Assembly: GCF_000743755.1 (NCBI RefSeq)
Contig: NW_014569504.1
Coordinates: 1-47,999 of the forward strand
DNA: 47,999 nt
Reading direction: 5' to 3'
DNA from: Blastocystis sp. subtype 4
Taxonomy: Eukaryota
Shown here: piece after piece, positions 26,501 through 36,300 of the stretch
Layout of the letters: each line of letters starts with the position of its first letter
Position numbering within the stretch: the stretch's first letter is position 1
Position numbers and translations under genes: made by a program
The notes under the pieces: generated by a model
Database searches by the model: none
Seen by the model: only the letters and a program-made list of their open reading frames with translations
What the model was told of the DNA's origin: nothing

Positions 26501-26537
26501 AAATAGTTCAGTTTCTAGAGTGATAAATGGTTTTTGA
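20578..26537 (+). CDS. Large eukaryotic GT5 glycogen/starch synthase with degenerate GH13-like N-terminal region and two CBM48-type modules
   Basis: GT5 motifs ITPELGKWSTVGGLGVMV, TNDW, HIIHN, FVGRITEQKG, MPSLFEPCGIVQ and TGGLKETV. CBM48-like EVCLVGSFNNWD..GLYYYKF (23086-23360) and VLLVGDFTEW..GDYRYKFLVDGNW (26215-26490). N-terminal LNILFDGHDWQ. The start could be 20551. Confidence 0.88.
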
Positions 26538-26576
26538 TTTGTTTGTTGCAAAGAGAAGGAAGTCATTTTTTCTCGA

Positions 26577-27383
26577 ATGGATACGACAACTCAAGTAGAT
26601 ATTAATGTAAAGATCTTGTTAATTGGTGACTCGAATGTGGGAAAGAGCTGGTAGTTGTTGGTGTGTTTTCTTGAGATGAAGCATATTGATGAGATTTATT
26701 GATAATCGATTCAGTGAATTATCTTCAACAATTGGTAGTTTCAAAATAAGGGAATTAGGAGATAGGGGTTGATTTCAAGAGGAAGCTGATGGAAGTAAAT
26801 GGAAAGAAAGTTCGTGCTACGATCTGGGATACAGGTTTGTGTTGGAATAGTACTTGTTAGTTGTAGCTGGCCAAGAACGATTCCGTACACTTACAAGCAG
26901 TTATTATCGAGGTGCTCATGGAATTATTTTAGGTATGAGTTCATTTCAAGGAGATGATTGCTAGTGTATGACGTAACCTGTCAAAGTAGCTTTGAGAATC
27001 TGCAAACATGGCTAAGTGAGTGTGAGACTTACTGTACGGACCAGGCCGATAGTATTGTGAAGTTATTAGTTGCCAACAAAATTGACTTGGTAAGTCGCTT
27101 TGAAACCATTTCATGTAGCCAAACCGTGCAATAAGTACAAAAGATGGACAGAACTTTGCAAAACAACATGTGAGACGTGTTGAGGATTTGTTAGAAATAG
27201 GGCATGTTATATATTGAAACCAGTGCCAAAGAGAGCATTGGAGTGAATCAAGTGTTTGAAGAGCTTGTAACAAAGATTCTAGAAAATCCAGTACTTATGG
27301 AAAGTTTAGGATTCAAGGCGTCTTCAGTTGTTGTTTCACAAGTTCCTCGTGAGAGTGAAGACGGAGGTTGCTATTATTGCTAG
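26577..27383 (+). CDS. RAB18: Rab family GTPase, Rab18-like (6 introns)
   Basis: Motifs [60 protein letters not shown] and a C-terminal GGCYYC*. TGTTTGTT lies at 27395-27402. Confidence 0.88.
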
Positions 27384-27429
27384 TTCTTATTGATTGTTTG
27401 TTGAGATTCGGATCATTCTTGATTGGCTC

Positions 27430-28724
27430 ATGTCCAAACTGCAACGCAAGCAACGTATTCAGCTTGATGAACGGGTAGCCTCAATGCGAGACAGTTCCCG
27501 GAAGCTGTATACGGAGATGCAGAGATCACTCAGTAATCTTCAGAGTATACCTTCTCCATCAATTGGTGTGTCAAAATGGATATCAACTCCTAGTCAGGCA
27601 CCGTATGTAGTTCATATTACAGATCATGGTTTTGTTCCGAGTTGTATTATGGTGCGACTGAACAGTACGGTTGAGTGGATTCCAAAAGATGTAACTATAC
27701 CATGGAAGATTGGACTGTATGAAGGGGATACAAAAGTGGCAGAATCAACTGATTTGGACTGTACCTCAATCTTTCAATATGTTTTTACCAAGAATGTGAA
27801 TGTGATTGCTGTGAATGAGTACAAACGGGAAATGAAGATTATCATAGTTGTTGGAAATGAGTTGGAGACTCTCCGTTTTGGAGATATGGTTCGGATTGGT
27901 TGTCGTTCAGATCGTATTCTGGTTCATGATAATGATGGAAATGTTGCAGAAAGGAGCGTTTTTCTTCAAGAACAAGAAGCAGTTGATGAGTACAAATGAA
28001 AGAAGGATCTAATGTCTAGTTTGGTTGTTACTTCCTATCCGAATCGACTTTACTTCCTTTCAGCTTCTATTTGTACTATTAATCGAGGAGGAACACTGAC
28101 AGTTACAATTGCAAATTCGGTAGAATTGGATTGTGAGGCTCTTCCTTTTGTCTTACTATCCGAAGAGGGTATCAAAAAGTGATTGCATTCATTATAGAAA
28201 AGAGAACATTTGATGTGAAACCAGGAAAGGACAAAACTCTAGAAATGAACAAGCAAGGTAATTATCTTCTCGAAGATGTACTTCATCACCGTCGTTTCTC
28301 TTTCCGTGTTCGAGAACCACATCGAACTGTTTGTCATCCCAAATCGAGTCAGCCTCCAGAACTGGTATCTGAAGTGGACATTCCTAAGGAGGAAGCAACA
28401 GTCAAGGATGTTCCAGACTTAGTTTCCTCACAAGCATTGCCTTCACAACAGAGGATTTCTGTTGAGAACTCTGCTACTCAAAGCCAGCTTCCTACTAATG
28501 CTTCGTCTTCTCCAACTATTGTTTCCTCGATTTCTACGGTTTCTCCAAATTTGGTTCCAATAAATCCAAGTTCTAACCACTCATCCACATTAACTCAACA
28601 ACAAATAAACCCACAACGAAAAGGGAAAAAGAAACATGGAAAAGAAGCCCACATCGACCCTATTGAGAACCTAGAATCATTCAGTGTTAACGATATTGTC
28701 GCCTTTGTCGAAGGAGACAAATAG
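27430..28724 (+). CDS. Hypothetical protein with cupredoxin-like beta domain(s) and Ser/Pro/Gln-rich tail
   Basis: About three exons. VVHITDHGFVPSCIMVRLNSTVEW...FQYVF resembles a cupredoxin strand pattern but lacks copper ligands. Confidence 0.55.
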
Positions 28725-28883
28725 AGAAAGGGAAGAATGAAAAACGGATAAAGTAAGTGGACAAGAAGTGTAACAAATCTATTTAAGAATGAGGTTAGTT
28801 TATGGTGTTTATTGAGTATAATGGGATCCCAAGATTTGAATATGTAGAAACAATGATTATTTAGGTTCAATTCTCCTTTCATA

Positions 28884-30361
28884 ATGAGCAAGGAGGACCG
28901 GTGTTTTTGCATTTGCAATGGAAATGCATCTGGAACAATGATATGTTGTAATAGTTGTAACAACTGGTATCATTGTGAATGGTACATATTCTCCATCCAT
29001 TTCACGTTTAGTGTCGGCGTAAATGAAGATGAGGCCAAACAGATGGACAATTTTATTTGTGAATTCTGTTCGTTTGAAGATCCAAACGGTAGATGTGATC
29101 TGTTTGAATTATTACGTAGATGTTGGTGATGATGAAGAGGAGTACGTTTTTGAAAAGGAGGAATCACCAAAACGCAAGAGACTTCGAAGTACTGGCCACA
29201 AGACCTTCTCTTTTACTGGTCATTCTTTTGAATTCCAGTTAGGCATAGGTGGACTCGATGGGTTAGGTGGAGTAGTGGAGGAAATGAACGAGCGTAATGT
29301 TTTGAAGGCGATCTGCACGATTGAGCAGAAATTGCTGTTCGAGGATACTTCACCATCTATCCATTGTCCATCAAACAAGAATGAACCGACGAAAAAGGAG
29401 GTATCAGTCAGAGTTTGTATTGTCTCGTAGGATGATGACATTACGACGGTTTTGGCTTCGTATGATGAATTCAGGGCACTGCGGAATGATTTGATTAAGA
29501 AGGGTTTGATGGGCCGTCTTGTCAAACTGAAGGATCTGTCATCGTTCCGTGCACTTGACAGCGAGACGAGACGCTCCAAGCTGAGTTCGGACCTGAATGA
29601 TGATATGGCCTTTTGCGTGAATAAGCTGTCTCAGTATGATCCTCCTCCTCTCAGTATTCCTATCACTGCGGACATCCGAACTTTTGACTGGAAGGCGTTG
29701 GGTCAAAAGCAGTTCGATACGACGGGAAGGTATTACGATGTCATTATGATGGATCCCCCATGGCAGTTAGCAACAGCCAACCCGACGCGAGGAGTGAATG
29801 ATGAAGTTTCACCTCACTCATAGGTTGCTATTGCGTATGAGCAACTTGGCGATCATGTGATCATGAACATCCCCTTGAATCAAATCCAAAAGGATGGATA
29901 TCTTTTCTTGTGGGTGATTAACGCCAAATACCGTGTGGCTCTGGATATGCTGGATCATTGGGGCTACACGTAAGAATGACCTCTATAAATGATTCTTAGT
30001 TTTGTGGATGAGATTGCATGGGTGAAGTGCAATCGCAGTAAGCGGATGGCCAAGAGTCACGGTTTCTACCTTCAACATTCCAAGGAAACGTGCTTTGTCG
30101 CCAAGATTGTAGTGTTGACGGGCTTGTTTGATGTAGGGAAATCCTCCTCCACTCACGAACTTTGGAATGGAATCGGACGTGATCTATTCGGAACGACTTG
30201 GACAAAGTCAGAAGCCTCTTGACATTTATGAGATGATTGAGCGACTTGTCCCTAATGGTTGTAATTGTAGGTGTGGTATTATTGTAGGTTACTATTTGGA
30301 GGTCTTTGGTCGTCGCAACAATTTACGAGACAACTGGATTACTATTGGTAATGAATTGTGA
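28884..30361 (+). CDS. PHD-finger-fused MT-A70 adenine methyltransferase of the AMT1/MTA1 (DNA N6-adenine) type
   Basis: N-terminal CFCIC..GTMICCNSCNNWYHCE|CVGV..FICEFC (C4HC3). Catalytic YDVIMMDPPWQLATANPTRG|VAIAY, GYLFLWVINAKY, SHGFYLQHSKETC and GQSQKP..IYEMIERLVPNG|YYLEVFGRRNNLRDNWITIGNEL*. Confidence 0.88.
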
Positions 30362-30373
30362 GATTGTTGAACA

Positions 30374-30389
30374 TGTTTGAGTACAAACA
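30374..30389. terminator. Inverted repeat TGTTTG-AGTA-CAAACA between the convergent methyltransferase and homeobox genes
   Basis: Two degenerate TGTTTGTT motifs abut on opposite strands. Confidence 0.55.
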
Positions 30390-30492
30390 GAGATAGATAC
30401 ACAGAAACTTCCATTGAAGTTTACAAACACAAAACAAAGGATTGTCAACGGAAATTCTAGGAAAAGCCAAAAAGACTATCTATCGTTGAAGA

Positions 30493-31749
30493 TTATGTTT
30501 CTGTTTTAACACAAGGAAGTACAGTTCCCGACGAGACACAAGAATCAGATACTGTGGAAGGATCAAAGGTTGAATCACCTTGAGCACTAGAAGATGCACT
30601 TTCCTACATCTCATCTCCCCTATAAGCACATACAGGTCCACCCGGATCCATATCTACAAGGTTCTGCTTCTTGCAGGGCAGTGAGAATCCATTATTCAAA
30701 CAGAACTCTTTTGATATTCCCGGAAATTCAAAAAGTGGTGGGGAGTTATTGAGTCTTTTCGAATCAAAACCGATTCCATGCAGCTGCGGATCTTGTGAAA
30801 ATGTTATTCGTCTCTGTTTCGGGAGCAGGCGTCTGTTCCGAAGCGTATAGATACCTTCTGTTCCATACTGGATCCATTGACCAGGTCCAGTAGGATTCGG
30901 TTTTTCAGTTACATTATTCTGGTGTCTCTTTTCAAGGAGGGGAGGTCGACGAAACCCACTCTTGCCAAGAAAGCAGGTGTTGCCAGAAGTCCTCTTTCGA
31001 TTCAAATGACGCTTTGGGCGTCCTGCTTCGAAATGTTTAGAGCTCGATTCATCACGGTCCGATTCAACCGAATAGTCCTCGTCACTATCAGGACTCTGTG
31101 TCAACTTTCGTTTACGTGTATTTGTAAACCAGTTCCGAATCTGGGTGATTGTTAGATTCGTTTCTTTCGCTAGTTGTTCCTTTTGTTGGGTTGTAGGATA
31201 AGGGTTATTCTTGTGGGTTCGAAGGAAATCCCATAAGATGTGAAGGGCACAACTTGGAAGACGATTCCGCTTCTGTCGCTTCTCCGTTTCAGGTGATCCT
31301 TCAGAACACTCACCAGAACCTTGATTGCCTGCACAATACTGTGAAAGTTCAGCAGTTTCCTCTTTCGTTTGTTCCTCACCAGAACAAACTAGATCCACTT
31401 CCGATCTCATTGATGCACAAAAGTCTTTACAACAGGTATAGATATTATGAAGAATAGCTCGTTTCTTGACAAGGAGATCGTTGTACTCGATAACACTCGC
31501 CGTAAATTCAGGTTCCATCATAGGAAAGATGCATTGATCCAGGGCAGACTTTCGGAGCACTGATAACCGGCTCATGCGGTATTCCCTGTCGCTAACGAGT
31601 CCGAGTTGCTCCTCAATGTCAGACGTGAGTTCCACGATGCGCGATGCATGGGAGTCTAGGGCAAGAGAAAGACAGTTCTTCACATCAGCTTGAGGTAGCT
31701 CAGTCATCCCTGAAAAGGAGCTTGCAGTTGACAGGGACCGTTCGTCCAT
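30493..31749 (-). CDS. TALE-class homeodomain transcription factor
   Basis: RNRLPSCALHILWDFLRTHKNNPYPTTQQKEQLAKETNLTITQIRNWFTNTRKRK has the PYP loop and WFxNxR. The last 30-nt intron leads to ...VKTET* at 30493. The ATG directly follows a splice acceptor, so the gene may have a 5' exon. Confidence 0.9.
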
Positions 31750-31866
31750 CTACAGAAAATGTCAAATGATTAATACGAAGACACACTTGTCAAAAACGAA
31801 GATTCTAATCCTACTGGTCTATGGTGACATACAATGAAACGCCTGTACAACAAACAATAATCTACC

Positions 31867-32640
31867 TTACTTCTTCTCTAACCTCATCTTCTCCTTTTTA
31901 AGTAACAATTTCTACCAAACAACCTCACAGTGCAACAATACCTTAAACATAGCCTCAGACTCCTTTAGGGGAAATATACCATATTCTACACACCATTTGA
32001 GTGCAATAAAACTATCTGGATTCTGGTAGTACAACGATTCATAGAAAACTCGATCTCCACAACCCTATCCATCAAAAATTCACTAGAATCATACAGGGGA
32101 GGGAGTAGGTTTTGTCTGACCTGGTTTAAAGTTATTAATATCTTCTTCACTAGGATCGTTCAATGGTTCGTCACTCTCATCATTTCGTGGACTCATTCCA
32201 TGATTTCCATTGTCATCATTGTTCTTAGACTCTGATTTGCGTCTACTGTTGCGTTGTGAACCTGCCTTTGTAGTCCTTTTCTTGGATTCTAGTATTCATT
32301 TGAATTCAAAAAGTTGAACTGGAACGTTTATCTTCAAATTCCTCTTCACTTGACTCCTCTTCATCCTCTTTGGTGACCTTTTTGGTTGCTGCACGTTTTC
32401 GAGTTTTAGATACTTTTGGAACCTCTTCTTTGACTTCTACAGGTTCAGTTTCTATCACTTCAAAGATCGATGACACTTCTTACTAACAGCTATATATTGT
32501 TCCACCGGCTCTAACTTCACATTTATAGGTGTTTCTGCCGCAGTATTGTCACTCTCAGTTTTCAAAGTAACTAATGTAGAGGAAATCGGCACATCGGATT
32601 CATCTTCCGATGATGACGATAGAATCATCCGTCTTGACAT
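31867..32640 (-). CDS. Conserved uncharacterised charged protein (KPGQ.KPTPSP...RVFYESLY.QNPDS..A.KWCVEYG family)
   Basis: Lys/Glu-rich low-complexity N-half. The C-terminal motif is recognisable from a plant/protist family of unknown function. AACAAACA lies at 31849-31856. Confidence 0.7.
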
Positions 32641-32727
32641 GATACCAGCAGCAGGAAGCAGGCGATTAGATAGTAATTGAATTCCAAAAATTGTCAAGAT
32701 TTTAGTATTTCACTACTCCATGCTTGA

Positions 32728-33204
32728 ATGAAGGACTACTATGCGATTTTGGGAGTAAGACATGATGCCAATTACGACACAATAAAAAGAGCATTTCGTC
32801 AACTCGCCTTCAATACTCATCCTGACAAAGGGTCATCAGCAGATGTATTACATGTTTTGGAGCTATAAGGAATAGAAGTTTCAGGAAGTTCATGAAGCAT
32901 GGTTAGTGTTGAGTGACGAAACAAAACGGGCGAACTATGACACACTATTCCTACGTAGTTCAGAAATTTGGATTGAATTGTAGAGGATGAGCAGGTGATC
33001 GTAAATGAGATTATACCTTTTGCTGAATTTGAAAAGCGAAATGAAGGGGATTCATATTATCATTACTGCCGTTGTGGAGGTGTATTTGAAGTTTATGCAT
33101 CAGAGATACATGATTTCTAGGTGTTTGAAGATGAAGTGACGATGAAAATTGATTTAGTAGAGTGTTCGGAGTGTTCCCTTGTCTGCAGAATTGAGTATTC
33201 ATGA
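32728..33204 (+). CDS. DPH4: Diphthamide biosynthesis J-domain/CSL zinc finger protein
   Basis: J domain [32 protein letters not shown], followed by YCRCGG...VECSECSL. Confidence 0.88.
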
Positions 33205-33332
33205 TTTGTCATTTATTGTATTTTTCATTTGTTTTTAATCCATTCTGTATATTTTGATAGACTCTATTGTCTTTCTAGATAAGATCCAGAAATACTTCCG
33301 ATTATTTTCATTCAGTTCTTGTATCACTTTCC

Positions 33333-36300
33333 ATGAATAAGCAGCAGATTGCTGATTTATCTTACTCAATTTCTTATTGGAACAATTCAGAGTTAGAAGA
33401 GAAACTTGCATCGGTCTTTCCTTCGTTTCTGTCTTGTTCTGACGATCTGGACACAAAAAAGCAAGCACTTTTGGTTATTCAACAGATAAAGAACCGATTA
33501 AAGCAATCATCTGTTGGTCTTCGTGGATGTTAGTTCACTGTAGACTCTTCATTTGCCGTTAGTTTTGATTAGTAATCTTATGAAGGATGCGAAATCTCAA
33601 TTCCAGTTTACTATTGCTTCCTTGTCTATTTTTGGAATGTATATTATAGATAGGCTGCTATCGTACGGTTATTCGAATATTCGAGAGTATGAGTGTGTTC
33701 CTGTTATCTCGAATCTACTTTGGATTGTCCAATCATCACCTTTCAAGTCGAGTATGAATATGGTATTTATGTCATTCCTTTTTTATTGATAGGAATCTCA
33801 ATACTACTATATTCTCTATCCTTTTCTGTTCATTCCTCAAGAAACACAGCTTTCGCAGGATTGTATTTCAGGTCTTTCCAGTTATTCTCGTCTTGTTCTG
33901 TCCTTTACCACTTCATGTCCACAAGTCAATCCAACAACACTTCCTAATGGTTTTGTTGTAGGTGAGACATTCTCTGCTTTGACTTCTCTTCTTTCGAATA
34001 TCTCATCAGACCAATTAGAGAGTCTTTGTCTCAATCTTCTTCGAGTGTTTTCACTTCAACCAGCATACACTGTTATCGAACAATTCCTCTTTGGTTCCCT
34101 ATCAGCGGTTGAGACAATTGCTTCTTTGAGTAATCAGTGGTTTCATGATAAGGTTTCTCAATACACATCAGAAGAGATGATTCCAGACAATGAACGAAAG
34201 AGCTACAATCTAACAATTGATACTCTTCTGGACCTTTCTAGGCTTCCTAATGACAACTCATCAAGGAGCGATAATCTTTCTAACTCTCTTCGTGAGAAAG
34301 TATTCGTCCTTTTGTCACAATGTGTTATTGGATCTGAGTACAAATGGAAACTGTGGAGTATCATTAATACTTATGCCTCCTATCATGCTGGTATTGACAA
34401 GATGTTTCAGGTGTATACTGCATGCTTTCAGTTATTGAAATTGATCAGTGAAACATGGAGTATTGACTTGCTAGCCGATCTCTCTAAGATAGCATATATG
34501 GATATGTGGAGTGTTATTGATTATTGGTCGCATTGTCGATTGAAATTGAAACCCGAGAATATGGAGCTGATCTACAGATATGCAGAATTGGAAGCTCTCT
34601 TCACGAGTATCATGGAAGTATTGTCACGTCGTATTCCTAACAGAATAAAATTAAATTGCTCTCAACTCAAACAGTGTGCGGAATTGCTTGAGGAAGCAAT
34701 CAGGGTTAAGTGTCATAGATATCAACTGATAATGGAGTATTATCATTGCTTATGTAGCTTTCGATGTGTGTTCGTATATCTCTCTAATGATGTCCAGCAA
34801 TCTATTCTTGTAAATATGAATGATTATATCAAGCTCTAGGAATATTTTGTAGATGTCTTTAGAGACAAATCGAAGTCATATTTGTTGCATGATGCTATCA
34901 TTCTTTGGTTAAAAGATGTTATTCCTCATGATAATCCTATTTTTGCCTATCTCGTTCTCCTTCTTCTTGATGATCATTCGAATCAATCAGAGGGTACTGT
35001 GGATCCTAATTTGCGAGTAGAAGTTGAATCTCTAATCAAATCTGTATCTTTTGCTGCCATCCCTCTTCCTTCACTTCTTGGTTACCTTACAGAAAACACT
35101 CAATCAGTAATCATTCTCTCTGTTTCTTCCCATAGTTTGATACTTCATCTCGCTTTGCAACCTTAGGAATCAATGGACGAGCTAATCTTCTGGCTATTGT
35201 GACTCAAATCTATCTCGCTTCACCTCAACAAACCTCGGTAACAAAGAGACTTCTGAGTGTTCTCTTCCTCCTTATTCTGAATGATGGATTGAAGATGAAG
35301 CAAGCTCAGATGTTTGTAGATTCTGCAACCTGGAATTCTACCACAACAGCTGTCATTACTGTCTCCTTTCAAGACTGTGTGTTTCACTATTACTGCTATC
35401 TGATTCAACAAGAATATCAATCGTCTTCTCAAACAGTTGGTTGTCTTAGAACATCTGAATTTGCTCCGTTGTTCCCTGTTCTTGCTTCATATCTGGAGAA
35501 TGGTTACAGTGTGAGTAATAATGCTCTTCTTCAGTATTGTATCTACTTTATGGAGGAGAGTGTAGGAACTTGAATCGAAATGTGAGATAGAATTACATGA
35601 AATTGTTACTGCAAGTTCAAGATGCTTTCAATCCACTTGCAGTGTTAACAAAACAGAAAATTAACCATGGAATTGTTAAAAAGAATCAGAAGAATTTATG
35701 TAAGTGTAACTATGTGAACCTCCTTTCAATTCACACGCAACGATGTAAGGCTTATGGATTATTCTGAATTGCAGCTTTCAAAGTTGTGGCTTATTCAGTA
35801 ATTCAAGAACTGCTTGAAGAATTAGACTCATCAGATCGTACACTTCCTATGAATGCTGTAATTCTGAAAACTATTTCACATTACATTTACTGTGCTTCAG
35901 ATATGCCTACAACTTTAGTGGATCTTACTACAACAATTATTAATCAAATCACTCTTTCCAAGCAGATCATTTGTATGGAGCTTATTCCATTTCTTATGAA
36001 AGCTCTATATAATTGTTCTTATATGTTTCCAAATACACGGCTTGGAGGAGAACAAGAACGCTCACTGTATTCAGAGATTGATTATATCTTTGATAAAGTG
36101 ATTCCAATATTTGGAGATGTTGAGAATTCAATTGATTTTATGATGAAGAATTGGCAATATCAACAGTACATGTGTACACTTTTAGCTGAAGTTCAATATT
36201 TCTACTTCAAAGGTAAGATTAAGATGGGTGATTAAGACCAGGACTTCATGGATTCATTGCTAAGATATTCAATATGCTCAATTCATCGAATCAGAAGCAG

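Noticed and set aside
28884..30361. Annotation as mRNA m6A writer METTL3/IME4
   Set aside because: It lacks CCCH fingers and the METTL3-type GRTGHWLNH motif. It has HGFYLQH and RGVAIAY, typical of MTA1/AMT1.
30493..31749. Idea that the homeobox gene beside the methyltransferase is an MTA1c p1/p2 partner subunit
   Set aside because: It is a canonical TALE homeodomain (PYP, WFxNxR), not the divergent HTH of p1/p2. Adjacency in such a dense genome is weak evidence.
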